From: Octopus sinensis
Taxonomy: Eukaryota
Direction: 5' to 3'
DNA length: 64,000 nt
NCBI RefSeq assembly: GCF_006345805.1
Contig: NC_043016.1
Coordinates: forward strand, 31,000,001-31,064,000
Part shown: in pieces, positions 26,072-39,136 of the stretch
Layout of the letters: the number at the start of each line of letters is the position of its first letter
Position numbering within the stretch: position 1 is the stretch's first letter
The notes under the pieces: model-generated
The model's input: the letters and a program-made list of their open reading frames with translations, nothing else
Told to the model about the DNA's origin: nothing
Database searches by the model: none
Translations under genes and position numbers: made by a program

Positions 26072-27034
26072 ATTTCATTCTCTAAATTGAACTACATCAC
26101 GTGACTGCTGTCACATACAGCTAAGTTAAACAAACACTGAAGCAATACTAAAAGTACAAAGGAGTGTATTTAATATGACTAGAGTACTTGTCACTTATAG
26201 TCTGATTCAGAAGGAGCATCTAAAGTATTTATAGGTGTAGAAATATTGAACCCAGGTGTGTTTTGAGGCATCATTTGTTTTGGAGACTCAGTTACTTCTG
26301 GTTTAGGCACAAGATTAGAATAGACATTACCACAAAGTACAAGGTGGTTTAATGATACAGTACGCTGCCTACCATCAGGGAATTTGAAGAGTTCTACTTC
26401 CTTTACTAATGGAATATATTTACTCTGACGGTTGGGACATTTCAGGAACACTTTGTTACCCAGGGAAGAGAGTCATGACAGGATGGGCTGCTCACTTAGA
26501 GATTTATGCTGATACTTAAAAAGATGTTCATCAGGAGTGCAATTTGTTGAAATTAAGAGATGAGAATGGATTGAAAGGAGTGCACCTGGAAGAACAAGTT
26601 CCCATTCTGAGGGTTTCAGTCGTTTTAATTTCAGAGCCAGTGATATTGTTCACCAAATTATTTCATTATATTGTTCTATTTATCCATTCCCTTCTGGATT
26701 CTAAGAAGTAGGCCTGCTACTAGCTGATGCGTGAATCCTTCAATATGGAAATCCTCCAATTGAGAAGAGTTTTGATAAGCACTTTATAATAGTTCTGGTG
26801 GTCATATCTGCTCATTGGAAGCAAAAGGGAATCTTAAAAATTCATGCTGACAATGGTCAACAAAAATCAGTTTTTGTAGTTAGATGGGAAGGTCTTTTCA
26901 AATCAAAGTCTAGTCATTCAAAGGCCTGAGTAACCGTTATCACATGAGCAGGTATTGAATTATAAAACGTTGGCTTTATCTCAGCACATGTGGAGCATAT
27001 AGAGATCATTCTTTTGACTCTCTTCTATAGAATA

Positions 27035-28679
27035 CTAGCAGTATCGCCCAGCGTTGCTCGAGTTTGTAAGGGAAATAACTATATAAGATTTTTAGAGAGT
27101 TATAGCAAAAAATGCATTAAAATGGAATAAAAAATTATGGTAATTTTTTTTTAAATCTTTTTAATCGTTGACTCATCGTAGACATTTTTAGAGAGTTACT
27201 TCCCTTATTTAATAGCGAAAAATGCATTAAAATGGAAAAAATGATGGTAAATTTTTTTTTAAATCGTAGACTCATAAGACATGTGCTAATACCCAGAAGG
27301 GCTCGATATGAATCACGACTATAGATACCCGGTTTTGGTTAAACTGCCACCGCAAAATGTGGAGTAGTTAGGAATCTAAATCGTAGGAGACAGACACACA
27401 CTTCACTTTTATATATAAAGATTTGTGCAACAACCTAAACATTCAGTTGTGCAAATTGTTTGCACACGGGACCTGCCCTCTGTGGCGCGGTTTTTGCCGT
27501 TTTTGTGGATCTGTTTCAGCTTTTTTAGCGATTCTGTTTTGGCGACTTCAAGCCATGAAGTCGTTGTTCTAAAAGAACGCTGGTCTCCTTGACAACGCTT
27601 TACGACGTTGATCCCTACCCTTGCCTTCCCCACAGCTTCACGAAGGAGGGAAGAAGGGGAGGAGCTACACAGGTGCAGGTGCGAGCATGAACGCCAACGC
27701 CGCCACCGACACGAAAAAATTGGAAGAACCCAGATGACAGCTTCAGCCACCACCACCACCATCACCACTACCACCATGACCACCACCACCACTACGCCCA
27801 TGACCATCACCATCGCCACCACCATCACGAAGACCACCACGACCACCACCATCATCACCACCACCACGACCACCACCACCAACAACAACAACAACACCAC
27901 CACCACCACAAACACGACGACCACCACGACCACGACCACCATCACCACTACCAGCACCACCGCCACCACCGCTGCCACTACCACCGCCTCCACCACCACT
28001 ATACTATGCCTCTGCTCTCTCCTTTTGGCTACTAAATCCATTACCATATTTCACAAGTACCATCGCCATACAATATTGCCTTCAAAAGTTTGTGTTTGGA
28101 TAATATTTTTTAAGTAAAAGTTGTGCAACAACTAAAACATTCGGTTGTGCAACAACTAAAACATTCGGTTGTGCAAATTATTTGCATGGGAAACCTTCCC
28201 TGTGTGGCGTGTTTCCCGATTTTGTAGAATTTGTTTTCGGGCTTTCTTAGCCATTTCTGTTTTGGTGTCTTCAAGCCATGAAGTCGTTGTTCTAAAAGAA
28301 CGCTGGTCTCCTTGACAACGCTTTACGATGTTGATTTCCTTACACTCCCTCCCCCACAGCTTCACGAGGGAGGGAAGAAGGGGGAGAAGCAAACACAGGT
28401 TGCAGGTGTGAGCATGGACGCCAACTCCGCCGCCATCGACACACGAAAAAATTGGAAGAACCCCAAAAAATATGCTTTAAAGGGAAAAAAATTATGTTAA
28501 ATTATTTTTTAAATCGTAGACTCATCGTAGACGCGCGCTAATACCCAGAAGGGCTCGATATGAATCACGACTATAAGATACCCAGTTTTGGTTAAACTGC
28601 ACCGCAAAATGTGGGAGTAGTTAGGAATCTAAATCGTAGGAGACAGACACTCACACAACTTCACTTTTATATATATAGA
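27035..28679 (-). mobile_element. Composite non-autonomous Helitron (family E)
   Basis: Minus strand: A|TCTATATATAT start at 28679, hairpin plus CTAG|T end at 27035, a second internal 5'-like end at ~27421, internal duplication. Confidence 0.8.
27745..28000. repeat. Degenerate (ACC)n trinucleotide repeat
   Basis: Directly visible. Confidence 0.95.
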
Positions 28680-29089
28680 TTTATTTCTGGCATGCACAAA
28701 ATGAAGCATCTGTGTGATGTCAGGCTGGCACAAATCCTTATGGAGTCCATGAAGTACATCCATATCCAACATTATAGCCTATCTTCTGGGACAGAGTGTC
28801 ATCACCCACATTGTCCTTTCCTGACCTTATACATTATGTTATATTGAAAACAAGTGAATTCTATATATATCAACGATTTTCTCATTCTTTATTTTACCAC
28901 TCCATCTATTTTCATGCTTAGAAGCAAGTGATTTCTGAACTGGTACCAACTGGAAATGGTGGCCAAGTAGATAGTGTCTCAACTTCTTTAGACATTCCAC
29001 AATGGTATAGGCTTCTCTTTTCACAAAAGAATGTTTCTGCTCATGAACTGAAAGTGTTCTTGTATAGAAAGTCACTATTTTTTTTTTTT

Positions 29090-29310
29090 TTACTACCCAC
29101 TAGGGGCTAAACACAGAGGAGACAAACAAGGACAGACAGACGGATTAAGTCGATTATATCAACCCCAGTGCGTAAATGGTACTTAATTTATCGACCTTGA
29201 AAGGATGAAAGGCAAAGTCAACTTCAGCGGAATTTGAACTCAGAACGTAACGGCAGACGAAATACCGCTAAGCATTTTGCCCATGCTCACGTTTTTGCCA
29301 GCTCACCGCA
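29090..29310 (-). mobile_element. SINE family C copy with poly(A) tail, inside Gypsy pol
   Basis: Reverse complement of 1825-2045, preceded by a poly-T run on +. Confidence 0.85.
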
Positions 29311-30190
29311 AACATTTGGTGGCAGCAATGGCACACCAGGATCAATAAGCTTTCACAGCAAATTTGGCAATGACCTTTAGACTCTGAAAAACTTGCAATG
29401 CTGAAAAGGAGAGGGGAAAGCATTTAGTAGTAATTAAAGGATGGAATTTTCCAGAAAATTCAAAATCCAATCTGCATAGTACTAATGAGGCCATTACTCA
29501 CTTCATAGATGTCAGTCTTTGGGTTAAAGAAGATTGGGTCATGGTCCCTTATATTCTGGATCTAGTCTAATTAATCCTGTTATTAACCTACTTGACTACT
29601 TGATTGCGTAGCAAAACAGGTTAATACATTTAGAAGAAAGTAAGCACTTCTTTGTTTAAAGTATGATTGTATTTGCTAACCACATCTAGAAATTCCTCAA
29701 GTTGTGATAATGGACTTTCTGGTTATGTCCACAAATAATTACATTGTCAGTATATACAAAGGTGGGTGTGAGTCCTTTTTCAATCATGTCATCAATTATA
29801 TGTTGACGGTTACCAACATTGTTAGTAATTCCAAAAGGAATCTACGAATTAGTACCAGCAATGACCAGCTTTCACTTCATGGTAAGCACATCATAGGTCC
29901 AGTCTACTGAAGGCATTATATGGTGCCACCTCCAGGACCATTTTCAATATTTGATAGAAGGTGGGTATCTAGCAATGTATAGCAGTTTATTGTCTGAGAA
30001 TAATCAATGATCAAGCATTTCTTATGGTTATCACTAGGTGTAACCAACATCTCAACCTTCCAAGGAGACTTACTTGGCTCAATAATACCATCCTTTAGTA
30101 AATGTCTTAGCTCAGAGTTTACAAATTTTTGATCATTCAAAGAATGTCTTGAATTTGCAGTCAGTTATGAGATTATCAAACAGAAATACC

Positions 30191-31841
30191 CAGAAGAAAT
30201 ACCTAGCCAAAGATAAACCTCTGTACCTGGCTTTCATTGATATGGAGAAAGCCTTTGACAAGGTCCCTTGATCACTAATCTGGTGGTCAATGCGGAAACT
30301 AGGGATAGATGAGTGGTTAGTGAGAGCTGTACAAGCCATGTACAAGGTTGCTGTCAGTAAGGTGAGGGTTGGTAATGAGCATAGTGAAGAATTCCGGGTA
30401 GGGGTAGGGATCTACCAAGGATCAGTCCTTAGCCCTATCTTATTCATCATAGTCCACTAGGCAATAACAGGAATTCAAGACAGGTTGTCCCTGAGAGCTT
30501 CTTTATACTAATGACCTTGTTCTAATAGCTGAGTCACTATAAGAACTAGAGGAGAAGTTTCAGGTGTGGAATCAAGGTCTAGAATTGAAGGGCCTTAGAG
30601 TCAATCTAGCAAAAACCAAAGTCTTAATAAGTAGGAAGGCAGACAATTCACAAATCCCTTCAGGTAGATGGCCCTGCTCGATCTGTAGAAAAGGCATAGG
30701 TGGAAACTCCATAAGATGTATCCGGTGTAAGATATGGACACATAAGAGGTGCAGCAATATCAAAGGAAGGTTAACTGGGAAGATAGTTTTTGTGTGTGGC
30801 AAATGCTTAGGGGCACTAAACACTGAAAATATGCAGAAAACAGCTTCCGTCACATGCCAGGGGGAAAAAGTAGAAGGAATTGATAGCTCCCATTACCTAG
30901 GTGACCAAGTCAATAGCAGAACTGGTTGCTCTGACAGTAGCCGCTAGAATAAGAATAGCCTGGGCTATGTTCAGAGAGCTCCTACCTCTGCTGGTGACAA
31001 AGGGCTTCTCACTCAGAGTGAAAGGTAAACTGTATGACGCATGTGTGTGAACAGCCATGCTACATGGCAGTGAAACATGGGCCGTGACTGCTGAGGACAT
31101 ACGTAAGCTTGCCAGGAATGAAGCTAGTGTGCTCCACTGGATGTGTAATGTCAGTGTGCATACACAACAAAGCGTAAGTACCTTGAGAGAAAAGTTGGAC
31201 ATAAGAAGCATTAGATGTGGTGTGCAAGAGAGTCAACTGCACTGGTATGGTCATGTGTTGCGAATGGATGAGGACAGCCGTGTGAAAAAGTGTCACACCC
31301 TAGCAGTAGATGGAACCTGTAGAAGAGGTAGACCCAAGAAGACCTGGGATGAGGTAAAGCATGACCTTTGAACATTGGGCCTCACAAAGGTGATGACAGA
31401 TGATCAAGACCTTTGGAGATATGCTGTGCTTGAGAAGACCCGACAAGCCAAGTGAGACCATAACCTCATGGCCAATGACTACTGCCTGATTGGTATCCAT
31501 GCCAGTGGCACGTAAAAAGCACCATTTGAATGTGGTTGATGCCAGTGCCACCTGACTGGTCCTGTGTCAGTGGCACGTAAAAAGTACCATTTGAGCGTGG
31601 TTGTTGCCACTGCTGCCTAACTGGCTCCCATGCCGGTGGCATGTAAAAAGCACCATTTAAGTGTGGTTGATGCCAATACTGCCTGACTGGCCCTCGCACC
31701 AGTGGCACATGAAAAGTACCCACTACACTCTCAGAGTGGTTGGCATCAGGAAGGGCATCCAGCTGTAGAATCTTTGCCAGATCAGATTGGAGCCTAGCAT
31801 GGAAAGCTGACGTTAAATGATGACAATGATGAGGATGATGA
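30191..31841 (+). mobile_element. 5'-truncated RTE-clade LINE (source of family B tails)
   Basis: YLAFIDMEKAFD, QGSVLSPILF, LRVNLAKTK, a Cys-rich insert, MLHGSETW, LHWYGHV, RGRPKKTW with stops; repeat-rich 3' UTR; (GAT)n tail. Confidence 0.9.
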
Positions 31842-32694
31842 AAAGATGGTGGGACAGAAGCAGTAGTGAGGCCACAGACTGTCAGAGTAAGCTTAGTCCC
31901 ACAAAATAGTGTCTCCGTAGCAGAGTAATGCATAAGGAAGTTTTATCCCAGGATGACATTAAAACGAAAATTGGGGATGACAGTGAATGTAAGACAGTCA
32001 TAATCATTTGAAAATTCTGCACTAACTTGAAACTCCACTAACCTTAGACGTTAAAGAGGTAGATGACATTGAGATGTAACCGTCTATAGGATTTACCTGT
32101 CACTTGTGTCTGTTTACTAGTCCCTTAAGGGAGCTTTCCAAGTTTCTTGTGTCTTCTTATGCTTTGGATTTCCTTGGATATCCATAACAGAACATGACAT
32201 ACAATGAGGTGAAGCAGCAGAGAGTGTGGATCTGTTGTGAATACCACTGAAGATGTAGATTGAGATTGGCATGTCTTGGTGTAATATCTCTTTTTATCAC
32301 AATCATTACATAATATCTTTGTAGGATATTTTGATCATGGATGTTACTTTGACTCACAGAAGTAAAATTTGGGGTAACAGCTGCAACTGATGAGTGGTGA
32401 TATAGGTGCATACAAGAATAATTTTCCTGCTGAGTCTTCGGAGCTTCAACATTGGCTGCATTAACTGAGAGTAAAAGATACAGAATATTTTGCAGCTATT
32501 TCCAGAGTATATGCAATCTGTAGATCTAGTGATTTATTTTCAAGTAAACATTGTCTGACCTGCAAGTAAGAAAGGCAATTAACAAAAGATATTCCATATA
32601 TAGTCATCCTAGTATTGCTCAGCAATTACTGCTTTAAAGTTGCAATCATTTGCTTAAGAGCTTTAATGTTTTTAAATATCTTGCAAACAACTTG

Positions 32695-33258
32695 CTCATG
32701 CAAGTGCTACCAGTTGAGAACTCTGCATACCGGAAGCCAGCAAGTGTATGGGGTCATCAGGAGAGAACGCGTGCCATTTCGGGGCCTACCTCTTGATGGC
32801 ATCAATGTGCACCAGGCCCCCTCACTGATATGAGGTCCTACTTGCTAGATCAACTGGTTATCAAATAAAGCTCAATATTCTTCTAGCCATCGCTCATCGT
32901 CTCTTTTTAACCAAATCCAGTGGCTAGCCTTCTCCACTGTAGTTTGGATATCGATGATAACAACAGTTGTCTCACACTGTGTCCAACAAGCCCTCTACAT
33001 CCGACTTTGATTGGAAAATGCTCTGCTTTCCAGCCTGTGTCTTCACATTCCTTGAGAAGGTTTACATAATGGTCAATCTTTTAAGCCCGAGCGACGTCCA
33101 TGTTATCTTCATGAGGAACCATTAACTAGCTTTACAACTTTCTTTCCTTCACACCACATTAAAATGTCTGGCTTTTTCATAACTGGGATGGGAAAGAATC
33201 CCTGGCACCCTGTTAAATCTGCAGTCACCTCCCAAAAGTCGTTCCACTTTTCATCTTT
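32695..33258 (-). mobile_element. 3' fragment of a Hero/NeSL-like LINE with restriction-like endonuclease, inserted in Gypsy gag
   Basis: KKPDILMW, EDNMD, KIDHY, GWKAEHFPIKVGCRG motifs. Confidence 0.75.
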
Positions 33259-34078
33259 CACATTTTTTGGTTTGATGCATATAGCTGGCAGAACATTAAT
33301 AGCAGCATCATATATAGACACATCAGCAATATTTTCAATCAATTTAAGTGATACATAATTGATTAAGAGATTCAGCTTGTAATCTTGTCCTTCAACTGGT
33401 AGCAATGCAATAAAGTTTTGAAGTGTTTTCTGCCAGTGTAGCCGCTGTTCAACAGTATGTGTATCACCGAGGTTAGTATCCAAATGTTCATGGCAGAGGA
33501 AATTTTTTATGATAAAATGTTGAATAAATTGAAATAAAATAAAGATTTATTTAACATCTACCATTCTCAGATTTTATTCCATATTTTAACAAAGTACTTG
33601 CTACTAACTGGAGGATGGCCTCAAAACAAGACTTATGTCTAATAGTACAACAAACAGGGGAGGCCACCTAGTACTATAATGACATGATTAACATACATTT
33701 AACTTTTCTTTTATAGCTGTACTATCTTGTTTGTTTTTTTGTGTTTTTTTTTTCCAGGTGGGTGTTATAATTCAACTGGAATTACCTAGATGTACATTTA
33801 TCTATCATTCATATGAATTATTGAACCTGGGAATCTCCTTCATAATTTTCATTATTACATTTATTTTATTGTTCGTTTAGATCTTTTTAAAAGAACAAGG
33901 GTTATATACACTTGTATATTTTATTGAAATAAGCATTATGCTTTCATGTTATTATGTAGTTCTTACTTCATAGTTCTTGTAAAAACAAAATATGTATATT
34001 TAATACATTTTAGATATTTTTTCTCTTCATTTTGAAAATTTACGTTTATTGTGGCTTTTTTTAATTCTGCACATTCAG

Positions 34079-34187
34079 ATGGTTAAAACAAGAACAAGAG
34101 ATGGAGAAAATGTCCAAAGATTTAACTAGTGCCCCAAAACTTGACCTCAGTCTAAAAGAAGGGCAAACTATGAAATTAAATATTGGT
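34079..34187 (+). CDS. NECAP: NECAP coding exon (WLKQEQEMEKMSKDLTSAPKLDLSLKEGQTMKLNIG)
   Basis: attcag| acceptor, |gtaagt donor, conserved PKLDL..KEGQT.KL.IG motif. Completes the K codon split from the previous exon. Confidence 0.95.
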
Positions 34188-35699
34188 GTAAGTTGCTAAA
34201 AACTTCTTTTTTTTTTTTAATGCTAAGTATGTTTTAATCTGATCAATGTAACGTAGTGTTTGTAATCACTTAGCAAGCAAAATGTTTTGCTTATATTATC
34301 TTTTGCACATGTCAGTAAGAGAGTGAGTGATAAATGAAGTGATAACCTCAATTATCCACCTCTTTAGCTGTGAATGCTTTTCAAAAAGAGAACTGAAATC
34401 AGACACGAAAATTTTCATATAATATGCCAAACAAGAATTTCATAACCCAGTAAATTAATGAATTATTACATATAAGATATTACATTTTTTCCAAATTCAG
34501 GTAGTAAACCTGATAATTAATAGATATAATAAATATGTTTGTTGATTATTTAAAATTTTTATGGTAATAACAGTAATTTCTTTGGTTTGGTACCTGCCAA
34601 ATATTATATGTAAGGAGGATAGTAAAAACATAAAATGTCAGTGGAATTCTGAGATCTCTGTTATTTCTGTGAATTATCGATCATCAAAATAACTATGTTA
34701 ACCATGCCAATAAGAGAGTGTGTGTATGCTTGTGTGATTGTGGGACTGAACCTGGAATCAAGTGGTTGGGAAGCAAGCATTTTACCACACAGCCACTGCT
34801 ATGCCTATATGTATATTTATACCATCATCATCATTTAATATCCATGTTCCTTGCTGGCATGGGTTCGATGGTTTGACCAGGATCAGGTGGATCGAAGGTC
34901 TGTATCATACACCAGTGTTCGTTTTGGTATAGTTTCTATAACTGGATGCTCTTTCTAATGCCAACTACTTTACAGTGTGTACTGGGTGCTTTTCTTCTGC
35001 CATCGGCAGTAGTGGGGTCACTATGCAGCTCACGAGCTTATAAAACTTCAGGAACAGGGATTTATGCTAGCAGATGAGGGTTAAGGTTTGAGAGATGGTG
35101 GTGGGACAGTGCAGGTTCTTGTAGGGTGGCTACATGGCTATTCATATTTAGGAGAGTGAAAAATGAATCAGTAGTAACTGTAAAGAGATAAATATTGGTG
35201 ATGAGGTGTCAAGGTATGAGGTGAGTGGAAGTGAATGGGGACAGAGAAACTAGGAGTGGATGTGAGGAGGTGGTACAAGAAATAGGTGAAATAGAAAGGG
35301 TGGGTAATGTCTAAGAATCAAGTAGGGTTGAAGATTGGAGTCCAACACTCTAATCACTAAACCACATGCTCCCTATCTACAGTAGAAGCAGAAAAGAGAT
35401 TTGGTCATAGTGCATGGGGATAGAATTTGCTGGCCCAGTGTGGGGATGGGAAAGATCAGTTTATTGTGTAAGTGTAGAGAACAGTATAAATGGATGAGAA
35501 AATGTAGCATCAAAAGATGGGAAGCTGCTGTGGGAGAAATTAGAGTGGAGGAGATTTGGGTGAGGTGCACATATTTATAATATATACACACACTACTTCT
35601 AGAAGTCAGTTTCACTGCAATGGCTATGTCTTCGTGAGGACCACATACTGCTAGACATGTCAGTCCTTTGTTATCTCCTCCATGAGGCTCAGGGTCCTG

Positions 35700-36160
35700 A
35701 AGTCAGCTTCCACCACTCTGGCTACTACACTTTCAAAGCAACTTCCTCTCTTGCTGATTATATCACCTAGATAAAATCATTCTATCAACGACATCTAGTG
35801 AGCCATCCAGGCATTCAAGGTAGTCTATTTCCAAAATGTTCATAGGACGTACTGCTCTGGTGCATCTGTCACATAGGAAAGTGTACATTCTTGGACAGTC
35901 TGCCAGTGATTCCACTACATCTCTTGTGTGTCCATAGCTTACATCAAGTACAGCATATGGCATTTATACCTTGGCTTGAAATTTCTACTGTAAACTCCCT
36001 ATAGATTCAGCTATGAAGACTAGATCATCAGCATACTGGAGTTCCCATGGGCAGCCAGTCTTAAATTCATCCTTGCTGGATTTTTAGACTATGATGAATA
36101 GGAGAGGACTGAACCTTCATGGACAGCTGCACTCACCCTAAATACCTCACTCAAGTCATT
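35700..36160 (-). mobile_element. Decayed RTE-like RT fragment
   Basis: SPLLFII, FKTGCPWELQYADDLVFIAES on the minus strand. Confidence 0.7.
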
Positions 36161-36446
36161 CAGTGTGCATGCATGTATGTGTATCTCATTATCTTCATTT
36201 AATTTTCATGTTCCATGCTGACATATACATACATACACACACATTTATATACACACCCACACACACACAAGTGGACCGTTGAACTCTGCACATTTTTTTC
36301 TCATTTTTTTTCTCCGTTTTTTTTTCTCTTAATCCTTTCTGTCAAAGAGTGCAGGCTTGAAATGTAAAAGAGTTTTCCATTCTTCCTGAGCATTAAACTA
36401 ATACACCTGCTTGTTGTTCCTACACCTGTCTTCCTATTTTGTTTTA

Positions 36447-37985
36447 GGCGTAGGAGTGGCTGTGGTAAGTAGCTTGCTCACCAACCACATGGTTCTGTGT
36501 TTAGTCCCACTGTGTGGAACCTTGGGCAAGTGTCTTCTATTATAGCTTCCGGCTGACCAAAGCTGTGTGAGTGGATTTGGTAGAAGCCTGTCATATATAT
36601 ATATATATATATTTATATGTGTGTATGTGTGTGTGTGTGTGTACATGTTTGTGTGTCTGTGCTTGTCCCCCTACCATCACTTGACAACTGATGTTGGTGT
36701 ATTTACATCCCCGTAACTTAGCATTTGGCAAAAGAGACTGATAGAATAAGAACTAAGCTTGTAAAGAATAAGTCTTGGGGTTGATTTGTTCGACTTTAAA
36801 AAAATGCAAGTGCTCCAGCATGGTCGCAGTCAAATGACTGGAACAAATGAAAGAATATAGGCAAGGCTTTATGGGAAGAAGTTTGCTTCCCAACCACATT
36901 GTCCTGGTTTCAGTTCCACTGTGTTCTCCTATAGTCCTGGGCCAACCAAAGCCTTCTGAATGGATTCAGTTGATGGAAACTGAAAGGAAGCCCACCGCGT
37001 GTGTGTGTGTGTTTGTACCACACCACTACCTGACAACAAGTATTGTTTGTTTATGTCCGTTCAGCATAACAGATTGATATAATAAGTACCAACCTTAAAA
37101 GAAAAAAAACAAACTAAATAGTGTCTCATGCTGGTACACACACACACACACACACACACATTCAAAGCAATGCTCCAGCTTGGCTGAAGTCTAATGACTG
37201 AAACAAGTAAAAGGTAACAGATAAATATTATATTTTTTTTAACACATTCTCACCAATAAACTTTTTCTCCCCAGTGATAATTTTCACCCCTTTTTATGTG
37301 TGTACATTAAAATGATATCATTTTCATCATCATTTAACATCTGCTTTTGTTGGCATGGATGGATGGATGGTTTGACAGGGAACTAGTGAGCTGCAGGGTC
37401 ACATTGGGCTCTAATGTCATCTGTGGCATGGTTTCTATGGCTGGATGCTTTTCCTAACACTGTGTAACTTGCAAGAAAGAAATATTTTTCTAAGCCGCTC
37501 TGTTTCCTTTACAGAAACTATTTTTCTTCTTACTGGATAATTTTCTTCCAAAAAAAAAATCATTCTTTCATTTCAACGTGATCTAATTTTCATTGGTCCA
37601 AGGCTGGGTAACTTAGCTAGTATGTACATAACATGGTTTTGGGTTCTGTTCCAGTGCATAGCACCTTGGGTATGTCTCCTCTACTTTAATCTGGGGCCAG
37701 CCAAAGCCCTGTGAGTGGATTTGGTGGGCAGAGACTAGTGGGGGACAAACATAAAAACACACACAAGAAACACGTGTATGCATGTATGTGTGTGTTTGTT
37801 CCCTACCACCTCTTAACAACCAGTGTTGGTTTATTTACATCCCCTGATTTTGCAGTTTAGCAAAAGAAACCAATAGAATAAATAGCAGACTTAAAAAGTA
37901 CTGGGGTCCATTTGTTTAATTAAAGCCTTCTAGGCAGTGCTCCAGCATGGCCACAGTCCAATAACTGAAACAAGTAAAAGATGAA
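36447..37985 (+). mobile_element. Cluster of three SINE family A copies (36447-36856, 36872-37215, 37610-37985)
   Basis: Family A similarity. Confidence 0.8.
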
Positions 37986-38044
37986 ATATATTGCTATATT
38001 TTCAAACTTTCTTTTTCTTGTTTGTTATTTGGGTTATATAAGAT

Positions 38045-38467
38045 CACCATCCGAGCGTGATCATTGCCAGAGCAGCCAACTGGCTTCCGTACCCCACCAT
38101 CCGTGTGTGATTGTTGCCAGAGCAGCCAACTGGCTTTTGTACCCGTGGCATGTACAAGGGCACCATTCAAGTGTGATTGTTACCAGCGACGCTTCACTGG
38201 CACCTGTGCCAGTGACACGTGTAAAAAGATTCGAGCGAGGTCATTGCCAGTACCGCCTGACTGGCCCCCGTGCCAGTGGCACGTAAAAATCACCCACTAC
38301 ACTCTCAGAGTGGCTGGCATTAGGAAGGGCATCCAGCTGTAGAAACTCTGCCAGATCAAGATTGAAGCCTGGTGCAGCCATCTGGTTCGCCAGCCCTCAG
38401 TCAAAATCGTCCAACCCATGCTAGCATGGAAGGCGGACGTTAAACAATAATAATGATGATGATGATT
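38045..38467 (+). mobile_element. RTE-LINE 3' end (family B), ending ~85 bp before a NECAP exon
   Basis: Family B body plus (GAT)n. Confidence 0.85.
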
Positions 38468-38552
38468 TATGATTAGATGACTTTTCTTTTTCCATGCATA
38501 TTTGTTTAAAGTGAAAATAAATTTGTGAATAATCCTTTTATTCTTGATTTAG

Positions 38553-38923
38553 GTAAAGCGCAATGAAAGTGGGACGAAACAACGATCAAAAGGACCTGCT
38601 ACTGCTGGAGGATTACTTCCTCCTCCACCAGGTCCTAATATCAAAATAATGCCTTCCTCTGGTAGCCAACAAATTTCAAGCTCAACAAATCATACAAAAG
38701 CAACAGCCATTCAAGGAAGTCATGAAAACATTCCAAATAATAAGCCATCATCAGTAACTGCCATTGAAGATTTGTTGTGCGATTTGGGCACAAACAACAA
38801 ATTTGCAACAGATGCATCTACCAGCAGAACTGATTCATCTAATAAAATTATATCTCCTTTATATAATGCGTCTGGTGCAAGTAATAACACACTTGTAGAT
38901 TCTAGCTGGGGTGACTTTACCAG
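38553..38923 (+). CDS. NECAP: NECAP coding exon (low-complexity C-terminal region, GLLPPPPG ... SSWGDFT)
   Basis: atttag| acceptor, |gtatgt donor. 371-bp open frame that includes ORF 38649+, with the NECAP-type LLPPPPG and WGDF motifs. Confidence 0.92.
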
Positions 38924-39136
38924 GTATGTAAAAATTGGTTACTTCAAGTATATGTCTTGTGTAAAATATTTAAATCCTTAAACATTATTGTTGTTTGGTA
39001 GATTTTTATGTATGTGCATTGCATATTTTTTTGTGTTTATTTTACATATTTTAGCTAAATAACATACTTTATTATAGAAAAACTTGTACATTTATTAATC
39101 TTTCTGTAATTATAAATATTCTGTTTTGTTTTCCAG

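Larger units (their letters stand above)
24520..33700 (-). mobile_element. Decayed Ty3/Gypsy LTR retrotransposon split by five later insertions
   Basis: Minus-strand gag (33500-32400), protease VILG (~31950), RT GIIEPSKSPW/IIDYSQTIN (30190-29310), RNase H EAYTIVE..LRHYLLG (29075-28840), integrase HHCC and core, FPDGRQRTVSL (28750-26190). Weakly similar LTR-like ends at ~24520-24650 and ~33540-33680. Confidence 0.85.

Noticed and set aside
27409-28117. Thr-rich 169-aa and Val-rich 212-aa ORFs (mucin- or membrane-like)
   Set aside because: Translations of an (ACC)n repeat inside a Helitron; no splice or homology support.
36335-36372. Possible decayed minimal hammerhead (ctgtcaaagagtgcaggcttgaaatgtaaaag)
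   Set aside because: The CUGANGA box is not intact; too degenerate to support without a family consensus.
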